Shown: positions 9,332-17,699, counted from the stretch's first letter. The stretch: DNA of 32,000 nt from an uncultured Candidatus Saccharibacteria bacterium (GCA_964638435.1 CAZXAY010000002.1:15661-47660), one strand, 5' to 3'. Made by a program: numbers and translations. Notes: generated from the sequence alone by a model not told the origin.

Positions 9332-9360
9332 AATATAGCAATACACTAAGTGTATGTCAA
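9332..9360 (-). promoter_or_regulatory. consensus promoter (TTGACA-17-TATATT, minus strand) with an embedded palindromic operator-like site
   Basis: On the minus strand the -35 is at 9360-9355 and the -10 at 9337-9332. The spacer and -35 carry the perfect inverted repeat atacac-taa-gtgtat (9341-9355). Confidence 0.55.
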
Positions 9361-9400
9361 GAAAAAAATCCTTTTATTACCTACTGTGGATAAGCATCTA

Positions 9401-9428
9401 TTGACAAAATTATATTTAATGGTAGATT
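9401..9428 (+). promoter_or_regulatory. candidate promoter TTGACA-16-TAGATT for the 263-aa ORF
   Basis: -35 at 9401-9406 and -10 at 9423-9428. An alternative is TTGAAT-17-TATGGT at 9512-9540. Either choice leaves an AT-rich leader that contains an extra SD-like taggaggtg (~9553-9561). Confidence 0.3.
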
Positions 9429-9611
9429 AATATAGATAGGTATATAAGCTTATTGGTTATTTTACGAAAGCCATAGCCTATTTTTATTTGCATATTAAAA
9501 ATTGAATAAATTTGAATATGTGAGCAAAAACAGGTATGGTAAAATTGATAAATAGGAGGTGTTTTCTTTAAAAAAAGGTATTCTGATTCTAAATTTCAAA
9601 GGAGGAATGTT

Positions 9612-10403
9612 ATGGAATCAACCGAGAAAAATCCAATAGGAATTGCCTTCGGACTCAAAAATTCCAGACGTATGTTCTGGATCGAAACCACAGATACTGT
9701 TGAACAAGTCACCAGAGCCCTTATCAAGAGTGTTATCAAGGCAGCACCAGATGCTATAGCCCTTGGGTATGTCGGCGAAAAACCACGTGAGGCAATGCTG
9801 ACTGACCACGTGAAAGATCTGGTTCTCGTGATCGAGGTTGATAAGAAAAAACTCCACGATCTCCGAAGTGAATCCGACAAAAATCTGGAATTGGTAAGCC
9901 TAGTAGACCGCATTAACGCTTTCAAAGAAAGCGGTTGGCAGGCAGAATACTTTACCAGGTCAATGGCTGCAGTCCGCGGCTTTATCAAGACCGATCTTCT
10001 TAATCGTGTGGTTAACCGACGAGCTGTGGTCGATCGTGAAACTAAGATTCATGTCGGCTGGGCCTGGTTCAAAACACTTATCAACCACGCCAGCGAGATT
10101 CGCTGCCTGATCCTCAATGAACCCTTTGGCGCTACAGTGGAAAAAATCATGCCTGCTACTGAGAATAATGTGTCTCAACCGGTTATGGAAGATTCTTTGG
10201 TTTCCACAGAACCACCCATAGTTCAAATCGCATTCATCACCAAAGAAGTGTCTCAGTTGCCAAAACCTATGACCGAGCAAGTTCAGAAATCAGAAACGTT
10301 CGGTACACCACCAGTTAAAGCCAAGAGATCCAGCAAAAGGAAAAAGGTCGTCGAGGCTTCTCAGAATCAGGGCATCATTCAGGAAGTCGAAGTCGGAGCA
10401 TAG
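9612..10403 (+). CDS. hypothetical protein, compositionally foreign (higher G+C), with a basic disordered C-terminal tail
   Basis: SD aaaggagg (9598-9605) precedes ATG 9612. Codon usage (ATC, CTC, GAC, ACC, GTC) is unlike the AAA/ATT/TTA-rich host genes. The C-terminus PPVKAKRSSKRKKVV is Lys/Arg-rich. No family recognised. Confidence 0.6.
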   Translation: MESTEKNPIGIAFGLKNSRRMFWIETTDTVEQVTRALIKSVIKAAPDAIALGYVGEKPREAMLTDHVKDLVLVIEVDKKKLHDLRSESDKNLELVSLVDRINAFKESGWQAEYFTRSMAAVRGFIKTDLLNRVVNRRAVVDRETKIHVGWAWFKTLINHASEIRCLILNEPFGATVEKIMPATENNVSQPVMEDSLVSTEPPIVQIAFITKEVSQLPKPMTEQVQKSETFGTPPVKAKRSSKRKKVVEASQNQGIIQEVEVGA

Positions 10404-10428
10404 TCAGAATCCAAGCACCGAACATTCC

Positions 10429-10457
10429 GCCGTAGTTTTATAACTGCGGCTTTTTTA
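10429..10457 (+). terminator. rho-independent terminator after the 263-aa ORF
   Basis: gccgtagtt-ttat-aactgcggc (one G-U pair) is followed by tttttt (10451-10456). Confidence 0.7.
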
Positions 10458-10466
10458 TTAATAGTA

Positions 10467-10495
10467 TTGACAAGATAATAACTATTTGATAAACT
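10467..10495 (+). promoter_or_regulatory. promoter TTGACA-17-TAAACT re-starting the ribosomal operon at rplC
   Basis: -35 at 10467-10472 and -10 at 10490-10495. A ~110-nt leader carrying direct repeats tttagac x2 and acgatt x2 precedes rplC. Confidence 0.5.
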
Positions 10496-10609
10496 TAAAT
10501 TAGAAATCTTTAGACAATTTACGATTTCATGATAAGCCTAAAAAACGATTCACATAAGGTGGATTGGTTTTAGACTATATTTAATTGTAATGTAAATTTA
10601 GGACAAATT

Positions 10610-11239
10610 ATGGTAGCAATTATGGGTAGAAAATTGGGAATGACTAGAATTTTTGATGCCAATGGTAAGGTAACCCCTGTAACTTTAATTGAGGCTGGCC
10701 CATGTTTTATTACCCAAATTAAAAGTAAAAATAGTGATGGTTATGAAGCTGTTCAAATTGGTTTTGATAAATCCAAACATCCAAAAAAACCACAAATTGG
10801 ACACCTAAATAAAATTAAAAACGAAAAATTAAAAGTAATAAATTTAAAATATTTAAGAGAATACCAAATAAATGAAAACACAACCGATTTAAAAGTTGGT
10901 GATGAAATAAATCTTGATAATTTTAAAGTAAATGATGTAGTCAGCATAACATCTGTTAGTAAGGGTAAAGGTTTTGCAGGCGGGGTTAAGCGTCATGGCT
11001 TTACTACAGGGCCAAAAACACATGGATCTTGTAATTACCGAAAACCAGGTTCAATCGGCGACACACAACCTGCTAGAGTATATAAAGGTAAACGTATGGC
11101 AGGTCATATGGGTAATAAACAAATTACAATTGATAAAACAACCATTGTAGACATTAATTTAGAAAAAAAATTAATTGCTGTTAAGGGTGGTGTGCCAGGA
11201 TCAAACAAAACATTAGTTTATATTAATAAATTTAACTGA
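10610..11239 (+). CDS. rplC: 50S ribosomal protein L3
   Basis: MGRKLGMTRIFD and KGKGFAGGVKRHGF motifs. The start could instead be ATG 10622. Confidence 0.94.
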   Translation: MVAIMGRKLGMTRIFDANGKVTPVTLIEAGPCFITQIKSKNSDGYEAVQIGFDKSKHPKKPQIGHLNKIKNEKLKVINLKYLREYQINENTTDLKVGDEINLDNFKVNDVVSITSVSKGKGFAGGVKRHGFTTGPKTHGSCNYRKPGSIGDTQPARVYKGKRMAGHMGNKQITIDKTTIVDINLEKKLIAVKGGVPGSNKTLVYINKFN

Positions 11240-11292
11240 AAGGTTGACCCCGTATAAGCTACTACGTGATTATACTGGGTGAATATAATGGG

Positions 11293-12039
11293 ATGATAAA
11301 AGTCAAACGATATGACAATCTAGGCAAAGAATTGGATGCATTACAACTTAATGATAAAATATTTGGTTTAAAAATTAATAATGACCTAATACATCAAGCA
11401 GTTGTAACTCAACTCGCTAACGCTCGCCAATCAAGTGCACATAGTAAAACTAGATCAGAAGTAGCTGGTAGTGGTAAAAAGCCTTGGCGACAAAAAGGCA
11501 CTGGACGAGCCAGATCAGGTTCTGTTAGAAATCCAATCTGGGTTGGTGGGGGAATCAACTTTGGACCAAGAAATGTTAGAAATTATTCTTTAAACATTCC
11601 TAAAAAAATGAAGCGTTCTGCATTATTCCAAGCCCTGACTGCTAAAGTTGCTGAAAATAAGTTTATTATTGTTGACGAGATCAATTTTAAATCACCCAAA
11701 ACAAAACTTGCAGTAAAACTTATTGAATCATTACCTTCAATTTCTGGAACCATATTAGTTGTAAATGATAAAACAAATGTTAAAGTAGAATTAGCCTTTA
11801 AAAATTTACCTTACGTTAAAACTATATTAGCCAGAAATTTAAATATTATTGATGTACTTAAGTATAATTGGATTATTGCTTCATCGTTAGCTGTTAAAGA
11901 AATAGAATCTGTATTTTTAAAAATAAAAGACAGTAATTTAAATAAAGATGAAAATAATGAAGATAGTAAAGTAAAAAGAACCAAAAAAGAAATTTCTGTA
12001 AAAAAATCAGTTAAAACTAAAAAAAATGTCAAAAATTAA
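11293..12039 (+). CDS. rplD: 50S ribosomal protein L4 (Lys-rich C-terminal extension)
   Basis: SGKKPWRQKGTGRARSGS motif. The start is set at MIKVKRYD. The ORF-track GTG at 11266 is possible but less likely. Confidence 0.9.
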   Translation: MIKVKRYDNLGKELDALQLNDKIFGLKINNDLIHQAVVTQLANARQSSAHSKTRSEVAGSGKKPWRQKGTGRARSGSVRNPIWVGGGINFGPRNVRNYSLNIPKKMKRSALFQALTAKVAENKFIIVDEINFKSPKTKLAVKLIESLPSISGTILVVNDKTNVKVELAFKNLPYVKTILARNLNIIDVLKYNWIIASSLAVKEIESVFLKIKDSNLNKDENNEDSKVKRTKKEISVKKSVKTKKNVKN

Positions 12040-12051
12040 TTAAATAAGTTT

Positions 12052-12336
12052 ATGAAGCAAATAATTTCTAAACCAATAATATCAGAAAAATCTATGGGTC
12101 TTACTCCAGAAGGCAAATATGTTTTTATAACAGAAAAAGGAGTAAATAAACCTCAAATCGCCCAAAAGATAAATGAAATTTACAAAGTTAGAGTTAAAAG
12201 TGTAAATATTATTAATGTTCAAGGTAAAACCAAAAGGTATAAAGGCAGATTTAGTGGTAAAACTAGCAATTGGAAAAAAGCCATTGTTACGCTAGAAAAA
12301 GGTCAAAAAATATCTGATTTCGAAATTAAGAAGTAA
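12052..12336 (+). CDS. rplW: 50S ribosomal protein L23
   Basis: 94 aa with ISEKSM and WKKAIVTL motifs, in the expected operon position. Confidence 0.9.
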   Translation: MKQIISKPIISEKSMGLTPEGKYVFITEKGVNKPQIAQKINEIYKVRVKSVNIINVQGKTKRYKGRFSGKTSNWKKAIVTLEKGQKISDFEIKK

Positions 12337-12344
12337 ATAAATAT

Positions 12345-13190
12345 ATGCCAATAAAGATATATAAACCAACAACTCAAAGCAGAAGAAAAATGAGCACAAT
12401 AGTCTCGGATGAAATTACTAGAAAATTTCCTGAGAAATCTTTGCTTTGTCCAATAAAAAAACATGCAGGTCGTGATAGATTTGGTCACATATCAGTTAGA
12501 CACCGTGGTGGTGGTGCAAAAAGAATGTATAGAATTATATCATCACTCCAAGAAAGATTGGGCGAATCAGCAAAAGTAATTTCTATCGAATATGATCCAA
12601 ATCGTTCTGCAAGAATTGCCTTGGTAGAATACACAGATAAGAAAAAAATATATATTGTTGCCCCACGTGATTTAAAAGTGGATATGGAAGTTAAGGCAGA
12701 TTATAAAACCGCTATTAAGACTGGTAATAGAATGCAATTAACGAACATTCCTACTGGTATTAATGTTTATGATGTGGAATTAACCCCAGGACGTGGTGGT
12801 AAAATAGCTCGCAGTGCCGGAAACTATGCAGTAATAATGTCTCAAGCAGAAGGTACTGGTAAAAGGGCTAAATACGTTCAGGTAAAAATGCCATCTGGTG
12901 AAATTAGACTAGTTCATAGTGATTGCTATGCATCTATTGGATCCGTAAGTAATTATGAACATGATTCAATAAGGTTTGGCAAGGCAGGTAGAAAAAGACA
13001 TATGGGAATTAGACCATCTGTTAGAGGTAAAGCAATGAATCCAAATGATCACCCACACGGTGGTGGAGAGGGAGTTAACCCAATTGGATTAATCCATCCT
13101 AAAACTCCTTGGGGTAAACCAGCTATGGGGTTAAGAACCAGAAAAAATAAATCCACTAATAAATTTATTGTTAGAAGAAGGGATAAATAA
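12345..13190 (+). CDS. rplB: 50S ribosomal protein L2
   Basis: HRGGGAKR and [12 protein letters not shown] motifs. Confidence 0.96.
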   Translation: MPIKIYKPTTQSRRKMSTIVSDEITRKFPEKSLLCPIKKHAGRDRFGHISVRHRGGGAKRMYRIISSLQERLGESAKVISIEYDPNRSARIALVEYTDKKKIYIVAPRDLKVDMEVKADYKTAIKTGNRMQLTNIPTGINVYDVELTPGRGGKIARSAGNYAVIMSQAEGTGKRAKYVQVKMPSGEIRLVHSDCYASIGSVSNYEHDSIRFGKAGRKRHMGIRPSVRGKAMNPNDHPHGGGEGVNPIGLIHPKTPWGKPAMGLRTRKNKSTNKFIVRRRDK

Positions 13191-13504
13191 TGTCGCGATC
13201 AATCAAAAAAGGACCTTGGGCAGACCCAAAACTTTTAAAAAAAATATCCGCATTAAGACAGGGTGATAAAACTATTATTAAGACTTGGTCTAGAGATAGT
13301 GTAATTTATCCAGAAATGCTAGGATTTAATATTGGTGTTCATAACGGTAAAGAACATATTACAGTTTTTATAACAGAGGATATGGTTGGTCATCGATTGG
13401 GTGAATTCTCACCAACCAGAAAATTTAGAAAACATGGTGGTAAAATGGCAAAAGAGCAAGAAAAAACTACTACCGAAACAGCGAAAGAACCTGTAAAAAA
13501 ATAA
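13190..13504 (+). CDS. rpsS: 30S ribosomal protein S19 (C-terminal extension)
   Basis: SRSIKKGPW and [13 protein letters not shown] motifs. Its start overlaps the rplB stop. Confidence 0.94.
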   Translation: MSRSIKKGPWADPKLLKKISALRQGDKTIIKTWSRDSVIYPEMLGFNIGVHNGKEHITVFITEDMVGHRLGEFSPTRKFRKHGGKMAKEQEKTTTETAKEPVKK

Positions 13505-13509
13505 ATTAA

Positions 13510-13560
13510 GATTACAGATTAATAATTGATTACTCAATCATAAATCTAAAATCATAAATC
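13510..13560 (+). repeat. GATT / AATC repeat spacer (direct 11-mer AATCATAAATC x2) between rpsS and rplV
   Basis: gattacagattaataattgattact is followed by aatcataaatc (13536-13546) and aatcataaatc (13550-13560). The two halves are roughly complementary. Confidence 0.6.
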
Positions 13561-13573
13561 GAAAATTATTCAT

Positions 13574-13978
13574 ATGGAAATTACAGTTAAAGCAAATAGA
13601 GTTAAATGTAGCCCAAAAAAGATGATACTTGTTGTTGATATGGTTAGAAAACTAAAATTTTTGGACGCCAAAGCCCAATTAAAGTATTTAAATAAAGAAG
13701 CAGCAGCAAGCATTTATAAATTATTAAAATCAGCTGCCTCTGCTGCTAAAGATAAAGATATGAATCTGGATGATTGCATTATTAAATCATTACGCTGTGA
13801 TCAAGGGGTAGCATTAAAACGCCGTAGGATGTTAGAAAGAGGCAAAGCATCAGCAATCAGAAAGCGAACAAGTAATTTAACTTTGACATTATCTGATAAT
13901 AAGGATAAAAGTATAAAAAAGAAAAATAGTGTTATAAAATCAGCGAATAAAAAGGATCAAAATGGGTCAAAAAGCTAA
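13574..13978 (+). CDS. rplV: 50S ribosomal protein L22 (Lys-rich C-terminal extension)
   Basis: SPKKMILVVDMVR motif, matching size and operon position. Confidence 0.9.
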   Translation: MEITVKANRVKCSPKKMILVVDMVRKLKFLDAKAQLKYLNKEAAASIYKLLKSAASAAKDKDMNLDDCIIKSLRCDQGVALKRRRMLERGKASAIRKRTSNLTLTLSDNKDKSIKKKNSVIKSANKKDQNGSKS

Positions 13979-14648
13979 TCCAAATAGTGTAAGATTGGTT
14001 ATTAACAAAGATTGGAAATCAAAATGGTTTTCCCAAAGAAATTTTACTATATTTTTTCTTGAGGATATTAAATTAAAAAAAGCTTTGCTCAAAAAATTAG
14101 GTAAATCTTCAGGGATTGCTAATATCAATATACAACGAAATCCTCAGCAAATTTTAATCACCATTTACTCCTCGAAACCAGGAATAATTATTGGGCGAAG
14201 CGGTCAAGGAATTAATGATTTAACACATTTTCTTGAAAAAGAGTTAAATAATATTAAAAAAAGTTTTACTTATAATGTTCAAAAATTTATAGAACAATCG
14301 CAAGATAAAAAGACAATAAATTCTAAAATTAAAATTGATATTGTTGAAGTTCGCGATCCTGAGTTAAATGCCGAACTTGTAGCTCAAAATATTACCCTAC
14401 AATTAGAAAAACGTATTGCCTATCGTAGAGCAGTTAAACAAGCAATCAATAAAGTAATGCAGAAGAAGGCCAAAGGTGTTAAAGTGCATGTGGCAGGACG
14501 TCTTGGTGGGGTAGAAATAGCCAGATCAGAAGGTTTTAGTGAGGGATCAATTCCTCTTGGAACATTTAAAGCTAATGTAGATTATGCTTTTGTGCCAGCT
14601 CACACAGTTTATGGAATAATTGGAGTAAAGGTTTGGATTTACAAATAA
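13962..14648 (+). CDS. rpsC: 30S ribosomal protein S3
   Basis: MGQKANPNSVRL start, KH-domain block GIIIGRSGQGI, and RLGGVEIARSE. Confidence 0.95.
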   Translation: MGQKANPNSVRLVINKDWKSKWFSQRNFTIFFLEDIKLKKALLKKLGKSSGIANINIQRNPQQILITIYSSKPGIIIGRSGQGINDLTHFLEKELNNIKKSFTYNVQKFIEQSQDKKTINSKIKIDIVEVRDPELNAELVAQNITLQLEKRIAYRRAVKQAINKVMQKKAKGVKVHVAGRLGGVEIARSEGFSEGSIPLGTFKANVDYAFVPAHTVYGIIGVKVWIYK

Positions 14649-14695
14649 TTTAAAAATTAAAAATTTTAAATTAAAAATTGTTTGTAGGAATAATT

Positions 14696-15106
14696 ATGTT
14701 AATGCCAAAAAAATTAAAACACAGAAAAGTCCGCCGTGGTAAGATGAAAGGTCAATCAACCAAATGTAGTAAGCTTAATTTTGGTAAATTTGGCCTAAAA
14801 TCTATGGAATGTGGTTGGATTTCTGCTCGTCAAATTGAGGCTGCGCGTCGAGCAATGACACGCTATATTAAACGTGGTGGTGAAATTTGGATTAGAGTCT
14901 TCCCAGATAAACCAGTTACCATTCTTCCACTTGGTGTGACTATGGGTGGGGGCAAAGGTGCAACAGATCATTTTGTAGGAGTAGTGAAACCTGGCAAAAT
15001 TTTATTTGAGATGGATGGTGTTACAGAAGAAGTAGCTAAAGAAGCCATGAGATTAGCAAATCATAAATTATCAGTTAAAACTAAATTTATTACCAAACAA
15101 TTCTAG
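14696..15106 (+). CDS. rplP: 50S ribosomal protein L16
   Basis: Canonical [11 protein letters not shown] start with SD agga (14686-14689). The ORF-track start at 14678 is rejected. Confidence 0.94.
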   Translation: MLMPKKLKHRKVRRGKMKGQSTKCSKLNFGKFGLKSMECGWISARQIEAARRAMTRYIKRGGEIWIRVFPDKPVTILPLGVTMGGGKGATDHFVGVVKPGKILFEMDGVTEEVAKEAMRLANHKLSVKTKFITKQF

Positions 15107-15113
15107 GACAAAT

Positions 15114-15323
15114 ATGAAAGTTAAAGAAGAAATTAAATTATTAATAAATAAATCAGGCAAAGATTTAACTAAAGAATTAAATGAAGGTTATGTAAAACTT
15201 CAAAAACTTAAGTTTGCCCAAGCATTTGGTAAAACAAAAGATAGTAATGAAATCAAAAAAACCAAACATCATATTGCTAGAATTTGGACAATCATTAGAC
15301 AAAAAGTTAATAAATCTAATTAA
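15114..15323 (+). CDS. rpmC: 50S ribosomal protein L29
   Basis: 69-aa helical Lys-rich protein in the invariant position between rplP and rpsQ. Confidence 0.8.
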   Translation: MKVKEEIKLLINKSGKDLTKELNEGYVKLQKLKFAQAFGKTKDSNEIKKTKHHIARIWTIIRQKVNKSN

Positions 15324-15347
15324 TCAATTTATTAAATTGGAGAGATA

Positions 15348-15617
15348 ATGTCGACAAATACAACAAAACAATCAAATAATAAAACTAGCCATCAGAAGAT
15401 CTGGTCGGGTATTGTAGCCTCAGACATTAATGATAAAACTGTAGTTGTTAGTGTTTCTTCATCAAAGATTCATTCGATTTACAAAAAAAGATTTGTTACT
15501 ACAAAAAAATATCATGTTCATGACCAAAGTAATAAGTATAAAATTAACGATATTGTAAAGTTTGTAGAAACAAAACCAATAAGCAAAAATAAGCATTACA
15601 TAATATTTGAAAAATAA
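15348..15617 (+). CDS. rpsQ: 30S ribosomal protein S17
   Basis: GIVASDINDKTVVVSV...YKKRF...KKYHVHD...DIVKFVETKPISK pattern. Confidence 0.9.
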   Translation: MSTNTTKQSNNKTSHQKIWSGIVASDINDKTVVVSVSSSKIHSIYKKRFVTTKKYHVHDQSNKYKINDIVKFVETKPISKNKHYIIFEK

Positions 15618-15636
15618 TATTATTTAACAGGTTATT

Positions 15637-16005
15637 ATGATTCAACAATATTCCAGATTAAATGTAGCAGATAACTCAGGGGCAAAAATTGTTCAGTGCA
15701 TCCTAGTTTTTGGTGGAAGAAAGAAGGATCAAGGCGAATTAGGAGACATTATTGTAGCATCAGTAAAAAAAGCTTTGCCAAACTCTAATGCTAAAAAAAA
15801 GGAAGTTGTAAAAGCTGTAATTGTAAGACAAAGAGCACCATTTCAAAGATTTGATGGCAGTAAAATTAGATTTGATGATAATGCTGTTGTATTAATTAAT
15901 CCAGAGGGTTTACCAAGAGGCACTAGAGTTATGGGACCAGTTGCTAGAGAAGTTCGCGATAGAGGATATTCAAAAGTTGCCTCGCTTGCCCAAGAATTAT
16001 TATAA
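15637..16005 (+). CDS. rplN: 50S ribosomal protein L14
   Basis: [17 protein letters not shown] start, 122 aa. Confidence 0.96.
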   Translation: MIQQYSRLNVADNSGAKIVQCILVFGGRKKDQGELGDIIVASVKKALPNSNAKKKEVVKAVIVRQRAPFQRFDGSKIRFDDNAVVLINPEGLPRGTRVMGPVAREVRDRGYSKVASLAQELL

Positions 16006-16084
16006 TCTTGTTAATCCGTTAATCAGTTTATTGGTTAATCCGGATATAACAGATTAACAAATCAACTATTTAACAAAGTAACCG
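16006..16084 (+). promoter_or_regulatory. long imperfect GTTAAT / TTAAC hairpin spacer upstream of rplX
   Basis: gttaatc (loop cggatataaca) gattaac forms the core. The arms extend to ~35 imperfect bp. It shares aaatcaacta and aacaaagtaac with the rpmJ-rpsM spacer. Confidence 0.55.
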
Positions 16085-16092
16085 GAGTAAAG

Positions 16093-16410
16093 ATGAATAT
16101 TAAGAAAAATGATAAGGTACAAATAATTAAAGGTAATGATTCTGGAAAAACTGGTAAGGTTGAAAAAGTTTTTATATCAAAAAATACCTTAATTGTTGCG
16201 GGCGCTAATGTGCGCAAAAAACATTTAAAAAAATCACAAAAAAATCCATATGGTGGAATTATTGATATTAATATGCCAATTAATAGAGCTAACGTTATAT
16301 TAATATGCCCAAGATGTGATAAAACTACAAGAATTAAATATAGTATTGTGAATAAAAATAAGTTAAGAATTTGCAAAAAATGTGGTGAAACTGTAGATTC
16401 AACAAAATGA
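16093..16410 (+). CDS. rplX: 50S ribosomal protein L24 with a C-terminal CxxC...CxxC
   Basis: KOW motif KKNDKVQIIKGNDSGKTGKV. The C-terminus carries CPRC (C72, C75) and CKKC (C94, C97). Confidence 0.9.
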   Translation: MNIKKNDKVQIIKGNDSGKTGKVEKVFISKNTLIVAGANVRKKHLKKSQKNPYGGIIDINMPINRANVILICPRCDKTTRIKYSIVNKNKLRICKKCGETVDSTK

Positions 16411-16429
16411 TACATTAGGTTAATAAAAT

Positions 16430-16981
16430 ATGAAAAATTATAACGAATTATACAATGAAATAGTCTTACCAAAAATGATGGAAAAATTTGGTTACAAAAA
16501 TATTTACGCTACTCCAAAGATTACCAAGGTATCAATAAATATCGGTGTTGGACAAGGCCAAATAAATCCAAAATTTTATGATGTTGCTGATAAGACCTTA
16601 CAATTAATTACTGGTCAAAAGCCAAGTTACACTGTTTCTCGCAAAGCAATTTCTGGTTTTAAATTAAGAGAGGGTATTAAAGTAGGGCTTGTTGTAACAT
16701 TAAGAGGTAAAAAAATGAGTGATTTTATTTATAGATTAATTCACATAGTTTTACCAAGAATTAGAGATTTTCGTGGCTTAAATACAAATAGCTTTGACCG
16801 TAATGGTAACTATTCAATTGGGCTTAAAGAACAAATTGTATTTCCTGAAATTAAATATGATGAAGTGGAATTATCTCATGGTTTACAAATTAATATAGTC
16901 ACATCCTCTAAAAATGCCGACCAAACAAAAGAATTATTAACATTAATAGGATTCCCATTTAAAAAAGAAACTACTAAGTAA
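16430..16981 (+). CDS. rplE: 50S ribosomal protein L5
   Basis: 183 aa with PKITKVSINIGVG and NYSIGLKEQIVFPEI motifs. Confidence 0.94.
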   Translation: MKNYNELYNEIVLPKMMEKFGYKNIYATPKITKVSINIGVGQGQINPKFYDVADKTLQLITGQKPSYTVSRKAISGFKLREGIKVGLVVTLRGKKMSDFIYRLIHIVLPRIRDFRGLNTNSFDRNGNYSIGLKEQIVFPEIKYDEVELSHGLQINIVTSSKNADQTKELLTLIGFPFKKETTK

Positions 16982-17005
16982 AAGATTACGCAAATTAGGA
17001 AACAT

Positions 17006-17191
17006 ATGGCAAGAAAAGCAATTATCAATAAATCAAGAAAAACACCAAAATTTTCGACTAGAAAATTTAATCGATGTAATTTATGCGGTCGGAAAGGTGG
17101 ATATTTAAGAAAATTTGGTGTTTGTAGAATATGCTTTAGAAATTTGGCAAATAATTCAGAAATTCCAGGCGTAACAAAATCTTCTTGGTAA
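17006..17191 (+). CDS. rpsN: 30S ribosomal protein S14, short zinc-binding type (S14 type Z)
   Basis: 61 aa with CNLCGR...CRIC and a C-terminal W. Confidence 0.93.
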   Translation: MARKAIINKSRKTPKFSTRKFNRCNLCGRKGGYLRKFGVCRICFRNLANNSEIPGVTKSSW

Positions 17192-17273
17192 CCAATATAT
17201 ATTCGCAATAGTATCACTAAAATAAGATTATATAAATAATTTAGAATTGATATAAAATATTTTCGGAGGTTTC

Positions 17274-17666
17274 ATGATGACCGACCCAGTGTCTGACATG
17301 TTAATAAGAATAAAAAATGCCTTAGCAAATAATGCTAAGACTGTTAATGTACCATTTTCAAAATTTAAAGAAGCTATATTAACTGTTCTTAAATATGAAA
17401 ATTATATTGAAGACTATCAAATTAAATCTATTAACGAAAAACAAAATTTTGTTATTCGCCTAAGATACTTTGGTAATAAACCAGCTATAACACATCTTAA
17501 AAAAATCAGTAAGCCTGGTTTAAGAGTTTACACAAATTATCAAAAAATTCCTCGCCCTTTGCAAGGTATAGGTATAGTTGTAATATCTACCCCACAAGGA
17601 GTTATTACTGGCAGGGAAGCCTGGAAAAAACGCATTGGTGGCGAACTAATTTGTGAGATTTACTAA
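17274..17666 (+). CDS. rpsH: 30S ribosomal protein S8
   Basis: MTDPVSDMLIRIKNA start. The start is either ATG 17274 or ATG 17277. Confidence 0.95.
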   Translation: MMTDPVSDMLIRIKNALANNAKTVNVPFSKFKEAILTVLKYENYIEDYQIKSINEKQNFVIRLRYFGNKPAITHLKKISKPGLRVYTNYQKIPRPLQGIGIVVISTPQGVITGREAWKKRIGGELICEIY

Positions 17667-17699
17667 TATTATTAATTTATTAAAAATATCGGAAATTAT

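Noticed and set aside
9553-9611. Small ORF after the extra SD-like taggaggtg upstream of the 263-aa gene
   Set aside because: The only candidate start (GTG) overlaps the SD itself. The resulting ~26-codon frame has no support.
9596-10280. Minus-strand ORFs (130, 79 and 106 aa) antisense to the 263-aa gene
   Set aside because: They are open only because the region is more G+C-rich, so stop codons are fewer. They have no SD or promoter, whereas the + strand ORF has a strong SD and terminator.
11244-11276. TTGACC ... TATACT as an internal promoter before rplD
   Set aside because: The spacer is ~21 nt, too long for a sigma70-type promoter, so this is probably a chance match.
16062-16472. 136-aa minus-strand ORF antisense to rplX
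   Set aside because: This is a typical artefact of an AT-rich, Lys-rich gene, where antisense AAA becomes TTT and gives a Phe/Leu/Ile-rich pseudo-membrane protein. It fully overlaps a highly conserved ribosomal gene and has no SD.
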